64,000 nt of DNA from the human T2T-CHM13v2.0 reference genome, Homo sapiens: assembly GCF_009914755.1 (NCBI RefSeq), contig NC_060948.1; one strand, written 5' to 3'. The position numbers and the translations under genes are program-made. Shown piece after piece: positions 10,795 to 25,049 of the stretch. The notes under the pieces are model-generated. The model was not told the origin of the DNA. It searched no databases and saw nothing but the letters and a program-made list of their open reading frames with translations. The stretch's first letter is position 1. Each line of letters starts with the position of its first letter.

Positions 10795-13700
10795 ATGGAA
10801 TCAAGTCAATGGAATCAAATCAAATGGAATGGAAAGGAATTGAATGGAGTAGATTGGATTGGATGGGATTGGAATGAAATGTACTGGAAAGGACTCGAAT
10901 TTCATGAAACGGAATGGAATGAATTGGAACGGAATGGACTCGAATGGAATGGAATGTCATGGAATGGCATCAAATGGAATGGCATCAAATGGAATGGAAT
11001 CGAATGCAATGGAATGCTATGGAATGGAATGGAATGCATTGGAATGGAATGTCCTCTAATGGAATGGATTCGAGTGGAATGGAATCGAATATAATGGAGT
11101 CGAATGAAATGGAATTGAAAGGAATGGGATCGAATAGAATGGAATATACTGGAATGTAATGTAATGAACTCGAATGTAATTGACTGGAATGGAATGTACA
11201 TGAATGGAATGTAATCGAATGGAAAGTAATCCAATGGAATAGAATCTAATGCAATAAAATCGACTCAGATAGAGTAGAATGTAATGGAATGGAGTGCAGT
11301 GCAATGGAATGGAATGGAATGGAATGCAATGGAATGGAAGGCAATGGAATGGAAGGCAATGGAATGGAATGGAATGGAATGGAATGGAATGGGATGGAAT
11401 GGTATGGAATGGATAGTAATGGACTGGAGTGAAATGGACTGGAAAGGAATGGACTCAAATTGAAAGGGCTCGAAAGGAATGGAGTCAAATGGAATGGTCT
11501 GGAATGGAATGAACACGAATGTAATGCAATCCAATAGAATGGAATCGAATGGCATGGAATATAAATAAATGGAATCGAAGAGAATGGAAACAAATGGAAT
11601 GGAATTGAATGGAATGGAATTGAATGGAATGGGAACGAATGGAGTGAAATTGTATGCAGTAGAAGAGAATAGAATGGAATGCAAGCGAAAGGAAAGGAAT
11701 GGATTGGAATGGAATGGAATTCATTGGAATGGAAGGGAATGTAGTGTAATGGACAGGCCTGGAATAAAGTGGAATGCTACGGTCTCGAATGGAATAAAAA
11801 TGTATGGAATGGAATGCAATGAAACGGAATCGAATGTCATAGAATGTAATGGAATGCAAAAAATGGAATCCAAAGTCATTGACTGGTAAGGCTGGGTGTC
11901 GAAAGGAATTGACTCCAATGGAATGGAATCGAATGGAATGGAAGTGAATAGAATCGAACTAAATCGAATGGAATGGAATTGATAGGAACGGAATGGAAAG
12001 GAATGCAATGATTTGGCATGGAATGGAATCGAATGGCATCGAATGGAATGGAATGGAATGCAATGGAATGGAATGTGTTAGAATGTAATGAACTTTAATG
12101 GAATGTACTCGAATGGATTCGACTGGAATGGAATGTTCTGGAAGTGAATGGACTCCAATGGAATGGATTCAAAAGGAATGGAATCGTGCGGAATGGAATC
12201 TAATGGAATGGAATTAAATGGAAATGAATCAAATGGAATAGCACGGAATTGAATTGAATGGAATGGAATGCAATGGAATCTAATGAAACGGAAAGGAAAG
12301 GAATGGAATGGAATGGAATGGGCTGGAATGGAAAGGAATCGAAATGAATGGAATGGAATCGAACTGAAGAGACTGGAATGGAATGCACTGGAATGGAAGG
12401 AAGTGTAATGGAAGGTTCTCGAAAAAAATGGAATCGAATGGAATGGAATTGAATGGAACGGAATAGAGTCGAATGGAATTGAATGGAATGGAATGGACTA
12501 GAGTGAAATGGAATAGAACCACAAGGAATGGACAGGAATAGAATGGTCTCGAATTGAATGGAATCGTATGGAATGGCATCAAACGGAATGGAATGGATAG
12601 CCACGGAATGGAATGCACTCGAATGCAATGGAGTCGAAACTAATGGACTGGAATAGAATGGACTCGACTGGTACGGACTCCAATGGAATGGAATCGAATG
12701 GAAGGGAATCGAATGGAATGGACTCGAAGGGAAAAGACTGCAATGGAAAGGTCTCGAATGGAATGGAAATTAATGGAATGGAATGGAATCGAATGAAATG
12801 GAGTCAAAAGGAATGGAATCGAATGGCAAGAAATCGAATGTAATGGAATCGCAAGGAATTGATGTGAACGGAACGGAATGGAATGGAATCCAAAGGAATG
12901 GAATAGAATGGAATGGAATCGAATGGAAAGGACTCGAATGGAAATCACTCGAATAGAATGCAATTTAATAAAATAGGATCAAATGTAATGGAATGGAATG
13001 GAAAGGAATCGAAACGAAAGGAATGGAGACAGATGGAATGGAATGGAACAGAGAGCAATGGTATAGAATGGAATGGAATCATCTGGAATGGAATTGAATG
13101 GAATGGAATAATATGAAATGGAATGGAATGGAATGGAATGGAATGGAATGGAATGCCCTTGAATTAAATGGACTGGAATGGAATGGACTCGAACAGAGTG
13201 GAATGGAAAGTGTTGAAATAGAATGGAATGGACTCGTTTGGAATGGTCTAGTATGCAATGCAATCGACTGGTAGGGAATCAAAAGGAATGTAATGGAATG
13301 GATTGGACTGGAATGCAATGGACTCGAATAGATTGGAAACGGAATACAAAGGAATGGAATGGAATAGTATGGAATGGAATGGAAAGGAATGGAGTGGAAT
13401 AGACTAGAGTGGAATGGAATGGACTCGAAAGCAATGGACTGGAATGGAACTTTCTTGAATGGACTGGAATCAAACGGAATGGAATGCAATGCAATCAAAT
13501 GGCATGGAATAAAATAGAATGAAAGAGAATCAAATGGAATTGAATCGAATGGAATAGAATGGATTGGAAAGGAATAGAATGGAATGGAATGGAATTGACT
13601 CAAATGGAATGGACTAGAATGGAATGGATTCGAATGGAAGGCAAAGGAATGGAATCTATTGGAATGGACTGTAATGGAATGGAATGGAAGGGATTGGAAT

Positions 13701-14402
13701 GGACTCGAATGGAATGGACTGCAATAGAAAGGATTCGAATGGAATGAAAAAGAATTGAATGGAATAGAACAGAATGGAATCAAATCGAATGAAATGGAAT
13801 GGAATAGAAAGGAATGGAATGAAATGGAATGGAAAGGATTCGAATGGAATGCAATCGAATGGAATGAAATCGAATGGAATGGAATCGAACGGAATGGAAT
13901 AAAATGGAAGAAAACTGGCAAGAAATGGAGTCGAAATGAATGGAGTGTTATGGAACGGACTCAAAAGGAATTGAATGTAATAGAATGGAGTGGAGTGGAC
14001 TCGAATATAATGGACTGGAATGGAATGAAATCACATGGAATGGGAACGAATGGAATGGAATGGAAATGAATGGAATCGAATGGAAAGGAATCGAATGGAA
14101 GGGAATGAAATTGAATCAACAGGAATGGAAGGGAGTAGAATAGACGGTAATGGAATGGACTCGAATAGAATGGACACGAATGCTCAAATTGAATGGACTC
14201 GAATGGAATGGAAACGAAAGGAATGTCATCGAATGGAATTGAATCGATTGGAATGAAATCACATAGAATGGAGTGGAATCAAATGGAATTGAATCGAAAG
14301 GAAAGGAAGCGAATGGACTGAAATGAAATGGAATGGAATTGAATGGAAATTAATGCAATGGAATAGAATGGAACGAAATTTCACGGAATGGAATCAAACT
14401 GA
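10795..14402 (+). repeat. Macro-unit U4 (3608 bp, longest)
   Basis: Anchor spacing. 15-bp gains at ~11346-11360 and ~13861-13875; expanded tract at ~13120-13155. Confidence 0.9.
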
Positions 14403-17400
14403 ATGGAATCAAATCAATGGAATCTAATCAAATGGAATGGAAAGGAATTGAATGGAGTAGATTGGATTGGATGGGATTGGAATGAAATGTACTGGAAAGG
14501 ACTCGAATTTCATGAAACGGAATGGAATGAATTAGAACGGAATGGACCTGAATGGAATGGAATGTCATGGAATGGCATCAAATGGAATGGAATCGAATGC
14601 GATGGAATGCTATGGAATGGAATGGAATGCATTGGAATGGAATGTCCTCTAATGGAATGTATTCGAGTGGAATGGAATCGAATATAATGGAGTCTAATGA
14701 AAGGGAATTGAAAGGAATGTGACCGAATACAATGGAATATACTGGAATGTAATGTAATGAACTCGAATGTAATTGACTGGAATGGAATGTACATGAATGG
14801 AATGTAATCGAATGGAAAGCAATCCAATGGAATAGAATCTAATGCAATAAAATGGACTCAAATAGAGTAGAATGTAATGGAATGGAGTGCAGTGCAATGG
14901 AATGGAATGGAATGGAATGCAATGGAATGGAATGGAATGGAATGGAATGGAATGGGATGGAATGGTATGGAATGGATAGTAATGGACTGGAGTGAAATGG
15001 ACTGGAAAAGAATGGACTCAAATTGAAAGGGCTCGAAAGGAATGGAGTCAAATGGAATGGTCTGGAATGGAATGAACACGAATGTAATGCAATCCAATAG
15101 AATGGAATCGAATGGCATGGAATATAAAGAAATGGAATCGAAGAGAATGGAAACAAATGGAATGGAATTGAATGGAATGGAATTGAATGGAATGGGAACG
15201 AATGGAGTGAAATTGTATGCAGTAGAAGAGAATAGAATGGAATGCAAGCGAAAGGAAAGGAATGGATTGGAATGGAATGGAATTCATTGGAATGGAAGGG
15301 AATGTAGTGTAATGGACAGGCCTGGAATAAAGTGGAATGCTACGGTCTCGAATGGAATAAAAATGTATGGAATGGAATGCAATGAAACGGAATCGAATGT
15401 CATAGAATGTAATGGAATGCAAAAAAATGGAATCCAAAATCATTGACTGGAAAGGCTGGGTGTCGAAAGGAATTGACTCCAATGGAATGGAATCGAATGG
15501 AATGGAAGTGAATAGAATCGAACTAAATCGAATGGAATGGAATTGATAGGAACGGAATGGAAAGGAATGCAATGATTTGGCATGGAATGGAATCGAATGG
15601 CATCGAATGGAATGGAATGGAATGCAATGGAATGGAATGTATTAGAATGTAATGAACTTTAATGGAATGTACTCGAATGGATTCGACTGGAATGGAATGT
15701 TCTCGAAGTGAATGGACTCCAATGGAATGGATTCGAAAGGAATGGAATCTAATGGAATGGAATTAAATGGAAATGAATCAAATTGAATAGAACGGAATTG
15801 AATTGAATGGAATCGAATGAAATGGAATCTAATGAAACGGAAAGGAAAGGAATGGAATGGATTGGAATGGAATGGGCTGGAATTGAATGGAATCGAAACG
15901 AATGGAATGGAATCGAACTGAAGAGACTGGAATGGAATGCACTGGAATGGAAGGGAATGTAATGGAAGGTTCTCGAAAAAAATGGAATCGAAAGGAATGG
16001 AATTGAATGGAACGGAATAGAGTCGAATGGAATTCAATGGAATGGAATGGACTAGAGTGAAATGGAATCGAACCACAAGGAATTGACAGGAATAGAATGG
16101 TCTCGAATTGAATGGAATCGTATGGAATGGCATCAAACGGAATGGAATGGACAGCCACGGAATGGAATGGACACCCACGGAATGGAATGCACTCGAATGC
16201 AATGGAGTCGACACTAATGGACTGGAATAGAATGGACTCGACTGGTACGGACTCCAATGGAATGGAATCGAATGGAAGGGAATCGAACGGAATGGACTCG
16301 AAGGGAAAAGACTGCAATGGAAAGGTCTCGAATGGAATGGAAATTAATGGAATGGAATGGAATCGAATGAAATGGAGTCAAAAGGAATGGAATCGAATGT
16401 CAAGAAATCGAATGTAATGGAATCGCAAGGAATTGATGTGAACGGAACGGAATGGAATGGAATCCAAAGGAATGGAATAGAATGGAATGGAATCGAATGG
16501 AAAGGACTCGAATGGAAATCACTCGAATAGAATGCAATTTTATAAAATAGGATCAAATGTAATGGAATGGAATGGAAAGGAATCGAAACGAAAGGAAAGG
16601 AGACAGATGGAATGGAATGGAACAGAGAGCAATGGTATAGAATGGAATGGAATCATCTGGAATGGAATTGAATGGAATGGAATAATATGAAATGGAAAGG
16701 AATGGAATGGAATGCCCTTGAATTAAATGGACTGGAATGGAATGGACTCGAACAGAGTGGAATGGAAAGTGTTGAAATAGAATGGAATGGACTCGTTTGG
16801 AATGGTCTAGTATGCAATGCAATCGACTGGCAGGGAATCAAAAGGAATGTAATCGAATGGATTGGACTGGAATGCAATGGACTCGAATAGATTGGAAACG
16901 GAAAGCAAAGGAATGGAATGGAATAGTATGGAATGGAATGGAAAGGAATGGAGTGGAATAGACTAGAGTGGAATGGAATGGACTCGAAAGCAATGGACTG
17001 GAATGGAACTTTCTTGAATGGACTGGAATCAAACGGAATGGAATGCAATGCAATCAAATGGCATGGAATAAAATAGAATGAAAGAGAATCAAATGGAATT
17101 GAATCGAATGGAATAGAATGGATTGGAAAGGAATAGAATGGAATGGAATGGAATTGACTCAAATGGAATGGACTAGAATGGAATGGATTCGAATGGAAGG
17201 CAAAGGAATGGAATCTATTGGAATGGACTGTAATGGAATGGAATGGAAGGGATTGGAATGGACTCGAATGGAATGGACTGCAATAGAAAGGATTCGAATG
17301 GAATGAAAAAGAATTGAATGGAATAGAACAGAATGGAATCAAATCGAATGAAATGGAATGGAATAGAAAGGAATGGAATGAAATGGAATGGAAAGGATTC

Positions 17401-17961
17401 GAATGGAATGCAATCGAATGGAATGAAATCGAATGGAATGGAATCGAACGGAATGGAATAAAATGGAAGAAAACTGGCAAGAAATGGAGTCGAAATGAAT
17501 GGAGTGTTATGGAACGGACTCAAAAGGAATTGAATGTAATAGAATGGAGTGGAGTGGACTCGAATATAATGGACTGGAATGGAATGAAATCACATGGAAT
17601 GGGAACGAATGGAATGGAATGGAAATGAATGGAATCGAATGGAAAGGAATCGAATGGAAGGGAATGAAATTGAATCAACAGGAATGGAAGGGAGTAGAAT
17701 AGACGGTAATGGAATGGACTCGAATAGAATGGACACGAATGCTCAAATTGAATGGACTCGAATGGAATGGAAACGAAAGGAATGTCATCGAATGGAATTG
17801 AATCGATTGGAATGAAATCACATAGAATGGAGTGGAATCAAATGGAATTGAATCGAAAGGAAAGGAAGCGAATGGACTGAAATGAAATGGAATGGAATTG
17901 AATGGAAATTAATGCAATGGAATAGAATGGAACGAAATTTCACGGAATGGAATCAAACTGA
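14403..17961 (+). repeat. Macro-unit U5 (3559 bp, divergent subtype)
   Basis: 20-bp internal duplication 16141-16180, extra EcoRI 16030-16035, SalI 16207-16212. Confidence 0.9.
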
Positions 17962-20900
17962 ATGGAATCAAATCAATGGAATATAATCAAATGGAATGGA
18001 AAGGAATTGAATGGAGTAGATTGGATTGGATGGGATTGGAATGAAATGTACTGGAAAGGACTCGAATTTCATGAAACGGAATGGAATGAATTAGAACGGA
18101 ATGGACCTGAATGGAATGGAATGTCATGGAATGGCATCAAATGGAATGGAATCGAATGCGATGGAATGCTATGGAATGGAATGGAATGCATTGGAATGGA
18201 ATGTCCTCTAATGGAATGTATTCGAGTGGAATGGAATCGAATATAATGGAGTCTAATGAAAGGGAATTGAAAGGAATGGGACCGAATACAATGGAATATA
18301 CTGGAATGTAATGTAATGAACTCGAATGTAATTGACTGGAATGGAATGTACATGAATGGAATGTAATCGAATGGAAAGCAATCCAATGGAATAGAATCTA
18401 ATGCAATAAAATGGACTCAAATAGAGTAGAATGTAATGGAATGGAGTGCAGTGCAATGGAATGGAATGGAATGGAATGCAATGGAATGGAATGGAATGGA
18501 ATGGAATGGAATGGGTTGGAATGGTATGGAATGGATAGTAATGGACTGGAGTGAAATGGACTGGAAAAGAATGGACTCAAATTGAAAGGGCTCGAAAGGA
18601 ATGGAGTCAAATGGAATGGTCTGGAATGGAATGAACATGAATGTAATGCAATCCAATAGAATGGAATCGAATGGCATGGAATATAAAGAAATGGAATCGA
18701 AGAGAATGGAAACAAATGGAATGGAATTGAATGGAATGGAATTGAATGGAATGGGAACGAATGGAGTGAAATTGTATGCAGTAGAAGAGAATAGAATGGA
18801 ATGCAAGCGAAAGGAAAGGAATGGATTGGAATGGAATGGAATTCATTGGAATGGAAGGGAATGTAGTGTAATGGACAGGCCTGGAATAAAGTGGAATGCT
18901 ACGGTCTCGAATGGAATAAAAATGTATGGAATGGAATGCAATGAAACGGAATCGAATGTCATAGAATGTAATGGAATGCAAAAAAATGGAATCCAAAATC
19001 ATTGACTGGAAAGGCTGGGTGTCGAAAGGAATTGACTCCAATGGAATGGAATCGAATGGAATGGAAGTGAATAGAATCGAACTAAATCGAATGGAATGGA
19101 ATTGATAGGAACGGAATGGAAAGGAATGCAATGATTTGGCATGGAATGGAATCGAATGGCATCGAATGGAATGGAATGGAATGCAATGGAATGGAATGTA
19201 TTAGAATGTAATGAACTTTAATGGAATGTACTCGAATGGATTCGACTGGAATGGAATGTTCTCGAAGTGAATGGACTCCAATGGAATGGATTCGAAAGGA
19301 ATGGAATCTAATGGAATGGAATTAAATGGAAATGAATCAAATTGAATAGAACGGAATTGAATTGAATGGAATCGAATGAAATGGAATCTAATGAAACGGA
19401 AAGGAAAGGAATGGAATGGATTGGAATGGAATGGGCTGGAATTGAATGGAATCGAAACGAATGGAATGGAATCGAACTGAAGAGACTGGAATGGAATGCA
19501 CTGGAATGGAAGGGAATGTAATGGAAGGTTCTCGAAAAAAATGGAATCGAAAGGAATGGAATTGAATGGAACGGAATAGAGTCGAATGGAATTCAATGGA
19601 ATGGAATGGACTAGAGTGAAATGGAATCGAACCACAAGGAATTGACAGGAATAGAATGGTCTCGAATTGAATGGAATCGTATGGAATGGCATCAAACGGA
19701 ATGGAATGGACAGCCACGGAATGGAATGGACACCCACGGAATGGAATGCACTCGAATGCAATGGAGTCGACACTAATGGACTGGAATAGAATGGACTCGA
19801 CTGGTACGGACTCCAATGGAATGGAATCGAATGGAAGGGAATCGAACGGAATGGACTCGAAGGGAAAAGACTGCAATGGAAAGGTCTCGAATGGAATGGA
19901 AATTAATGGAATGGAATGGAATCGAATGAAATGGAGTCAAAAGGAATGGAATCGAATGGCAAGAAATCGAATGTAATGGAATCGCAAGGAATTGATGTGA
20001 ACGGAACGGAATGGAATGGAATCCAAAGGAATGGAATAGAATGGAATGGAATCGAATGGAAAGGACTCGAATGGAAATCACTCGAATAGAATGCAATTTA
20101 ATAAAATAGGATCAAATGTAATGGAATGGAATGGAAAGGAATCGAAACGAAAGGAAAGGAGACAGATGGAATGGAATGGAACAGAGAGCAATGGTATAGA
20201 ATGGAATGGAATCATCTGGAATGGAATTGAATGGAATGGAATAATATGAAATGGAAAGGAATGGAATGGAATGCCCTTGAATTAAATGGACTGGAATGGA
20301 ATGGACTCGAACAGAGTGGAATGGAAAGTGTTGAAATAGAATGGAATGGACTCGTTTGGAATGGTCTAGTATGCAATGCAATCGACTGGCAGGGAATCAA
20401 AAGGAATGTAATCGAATGGATTGGACTGGAATGCAATGGACTCGAATAGATTGGAAACGGAAAGCAAAGGAATGGAATGGAATAGTATGGAATGGAATGG
20501 AAAGGAATGGAGTGGAATAGACTAGAGTGGAATGGAATGGACTCGAAAGCAATGGACTGGAATGGAACTTTCTTGAATGGACTGGAATCAAACGGAATGG
20601 AATGCAATGCAATCAAATGGCATGGAATAAAATAGAATGAAAGAGAATGAAATGGAATTGAATCGAATGGAATCGAATGGATTGGAAAGGAATAGAATGG
20701 AATGGAATGGAATTGACTCAAATGGAATGGACTAGAATGGAATGGATTCGAATGGAAGGCAAAGGAATGGAATCTATTGGAATGGACTGTAATGGAATGG
20801 AATGGAAGGGATTGGAATGGACTCGAATGGAATGGACTGCAATAGAAAGGATTCGAATGGAATGAAAAAGAATTGAATGGAATAGAACAGAATGGAATCA

Positions 20901-21505
20901 AATCGAATGAAATGGAATGGAATAGAAAGGAATGGAATGAAATGGAATGGAAAGGATTCGAATGGAATGCAATCGAATGGAATGGAATCGAACGGAATGG
21001 AATAAAATGGAAGAAAACTGGCAAGAAATGGAATCGAAATGAATGGAGTGTTATGGAACGGACTCAAAAGGAATTGAATGTAATAGAATGGAGTGGAGTG
21101 GACTCGAATATAATGGACTGGAATGGAATGAAATCACATGGAATGGGAACGAATGTAATGGAATGGAAAGGAATGGAATCGAATGGAAAGGAATCGAATG
21201 GAAGGGAATGAAATTGAATCAACAGGAATGGAAGGGAATAGAATAGACGGTAATGGAATGGACTCGAATAGAATGGACACGAATGCTCAAATTGAATGGA
21301 CTCGAATGGAATGGAAACGAAAGGAATGTCATCGAATGGAATTGAATCGATTGGAATGAAATCGCATAGAATGGAGTGGAATCAAATGGAATTGAATCGA
21401 AAGGAAAGGAAGCGAATGGACTGAAATGAAATGGAATGGAATTGAATGGAAAGTAATGCAATGGAATAGAATGGAACGAAATTTCACGGAATGGAATCAA
21501 ACTGA
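17962..21505 (+). repeat. Macro-unit U6 (3544 bp, divergent subtype)
   Basis: 20-bp duplication 19700-19739, extra EcoRI 19589-19594, SalI 19766-19771. Confidence 0.9.
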
Positions 21506-24500
21506 ATGGAATCAAATCAATGGAATCAAATCAAATGGAATGGAAAGGAATTGAATGGAGTAGATTGGATTGGATGGGATTGGAATGAAATGTACTGGAA
21601 AGGACTCGAATTTCATGAAACGGAATGGAATGAATTGGAACGGAATGGACTCGAATGGAATGGAATATCATGGAATGGCATCAAATGGAATGGCATCAAA
21701 TGGAATGGAATCGAATGCAATGGAATGCTATGGAATGGAATGGAATGCATTGGAATGGAATGTCCTCTAATGGAATGGATTCGAGTGGAATGGAATCGAA
21801 TATAATGGAGTCGAATGAAATGGAATTGAAAGGAGTGGGATCGAATACAATGGAATATACTGGAATGTAATGTAATGAACTCGAATGTAATTGACTGGAA
21901 TGGAATGTACATGAATGGAATGTAATCCAATGGAAAGTAATCCAATAGAATAGAATCTAATGCAATAAAACCGACTCAGATAGAGTAGAATGTAATGGAA
22001 TGGAGTGCAGTGCAATGGAATGGAATGGAATGGAATGCAATGGAATGGAATGGAATGGAATGGAATGGAATGGAATGGGATGGAATGGGATGGAATGGAT
22101 AGTAATGGACTGGAGTGAAATGGACTGGAAAGGAATGGACTCAAATTGAAAGGGCTCGAAAGGAATGGAGTCAAATGGAATGGTCTGGAATGGAATGAAC
22201 ACGAATGTAATGCAATCCAATAGAACGGAATCGAATGGCATGGAATATAAAGAAATGGAATCGAAGAGAATGGAAACAAATGGAATGGAATTGAGTGGAA
22301 TGGAATTGAATGGAATGGGAACGAATGGAGTGAAATTGTATGCAGTAGAAGGGAATAGAATGGAATGCAAGCGAAAGGAAAGGAATGGATTGGAATGGAA
22401 TGGAATTCATTGGAATGGAAGGGAATGTAGTGTAATGGACAGGCCTGGAATAAAGTGGAATGCTACGGTCTCGAATGGAATAAAAATGTATGGAATGGAA
22501 TGCAATGAAACGGAATCGAATGTCATAGAATGTAATGGAATGCAAAAAAATGGAATCCAAAATCATTGACTGGAAAGGCTGTGTGGCGAAAGGAATTGAC
22601 TCCAATGGAATGGAATCGAATGGAATGGAAGTGAATAGAATCGAACTAAATCGAATGGAATGGAATTGATAGGAACGGAATGGAAAGGAATGCAATGATT
22701 TGGCATGGAATGGAATCGAATGGCATCGAATGGAATGGAATGGAATGCAATGGAATGGAATGTATTAGAATGTAATGAACTTTAATGGAATGTACTCGAA
22801 TGGATTCGACTGGAATGGAATGTTCTCGAAGTGAATGGACTCCAATGGAATGGATTCAAAAGGAATGGAATCGTACGGAATGGAATCTAATGGAATGGAA
22901 TTAAATGGAAGTGAATCAAATTGAATAGCACGGAATTGAATTGAATGGAATGGAATGCAACGGAATCTAATGAAACGGAAAGGAAAGGAATGGAATGGAA
23001 TGGAATGGGCTGGAATGGAAAGGAATCGAAACGAATGGAATGGAATCGAACTGAAGAGACTGGAATGGAATGCACTGGAATGGAAGGGAGTTTAATGGAA
23101 GGTTCCCGAAAAAAATGGAATCGAATGGAATGGAATTGAATGGAACGGAATAGAGTCGAATGGAATTGAATGGAATGGAATGGACTAGAGTGAAATGGAA
23201 TCGAACCACAAGGAATGGACAGGAATAGAATGGTCTCGAATTGAATGGAATCGTATGGAATGGCATCAAACGGAATGGAATGGACAGCCACGGAATGGAA
23301 TGCACTCGAATGCAATGGAGTCGAAACTAATGGACTGGAATAGAATGGACTCGACTGGTACGGACTCCAATGGAATGGAATCGAATGGAAGGGAATCGAA
23401 CGGAATGGACTCGAAGGGAAAAGACTGCAATGGAAAGGTCTCGAATGGAATGGAAATTAATGGAATGGAATGGAATCGAATGAAATGGAGTCAAAAGGAA
23501 TGGAATCGAATGGCAAGAAATCGAATGAAATGGAATCGCAAGGAATTGATGTGAACGGAACGGAATGGAATGGAATCCAAAGGAATGGAATAGAATGGAA
23601 TGGAATCGAATGGAAAGGACTCGAATGGAAATCACTCGAATAGAATGCAATTTAATAAAATAGGATCAAATGTAATGGAATGGAATGGAAAGGAATCGAA
23701 ACGAAAGGAATGGAGACAGATGGAATGGAATGGAACAGAGAGCAATGGTATAGAATGGAATGGAATCATCTGGAATGGAATTGAATGGAATGGAATAATA
23801 TGAAATGGAATGGAATGGAATGGAATGGAATGCCCTTGAATTAAATGGACTGGAATGGAATGGACTCGAACAGAGTGGAATGGAAAGTGTTGAGATAGAA
23901 TGGAATGGACTCCTTTGGAATGGTGTAGTATGCAATGCAATCGACTGGCAGGGAATCAAAAGGAATGTTATCGAATGGATTGGACTGGAATGCAATGGAC
24001 TCGAATAGATTGGAAACGGAATGCAAAGGAATGGAATGGAATAGTATGGAATGGAATGGAAAGGAATGGAGTGGAATAGACTAGAGTGGAATGGAATGGA
24101 CTGGAAAGCAATGGACTGGAATGGAACTTTCTTGAATGGACTGGAATCAAACGGAATGGAATGCAATGCAATCAAATGGCATGGAATAAAATAGAATGAA
24201 AGAGAATCAAATGGAATTGAATCGAATGGAATCGAATGGATTGGAAAGGAATAGAATGGAATGGAATGGAATGGACTAGAATGGAATGGATTCGAATGGA
24301 AGGCAAAGGAATGGAATCTATTGGAATGGACTGTAATGGAATGGAATGGAAGGGATTGGAATGGACTCGAATGGAATGGACTGCAATAGAAAGGATTCGA
24401 ATGGAATGAAAAAGAATTGAATGGAATAGAACAGAATGGAATCAAATCGAATGAAATGGAATGGAATAGAAAGGAATGGAATGAAATGGAATGGAAAGGA

Positions 24501-25049
24501 TTCGAATGGAATGCAATCGAATGGAATGGAATCGAACGGAATGGAATAAAATGGAAGAAAACTGGCAAGAAATGGAATCGAAATGAATGGAGTGTTATGG
24601 AACGGACTCAAAAGGAATTGAATGTAATAGAATGGAGTGGAGTGGACTCGAATATAATGGACTGGAATGGAATGAAATCACATGGAATGGGAACGAATGG
24701 AATGGAATGGAAAGGAATGGAATCGAATGGAAAGGAATCGAATGGAAGGGAATGAAATTGAATCAACAGGAATGGAAGGGAATAGAATAGACGGTAATGG
24801 AATGGACTCGAATAGAATGGACACGAATGCTCAAATTGAATGGACTCGAATGGAATGGAAACGAAAGGAATGTCATCGAATGGAATTGAATCGATTGGAA
24901 TGAAATCGCATAGAATGGAGTGGAATCAAATGGAATTGAATCGAAAGGAAAGGAAGCGAATGGACTGAAATGAAATGGAATGGAATTGAATGGAAAGTAA
25001 TGCAATGGAATAGAATGGAACGAAATTTCACGGAATGGAATCAAACTGA
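21506..25049 (+). repeat. Macro-unit U7 (3544 bp)
   Basis: Anchor spacing. Markers ctgtgtggcg, ggttcccg and gagtttaat; 15-bp deletion at ~24270. Confidence 0.9.
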
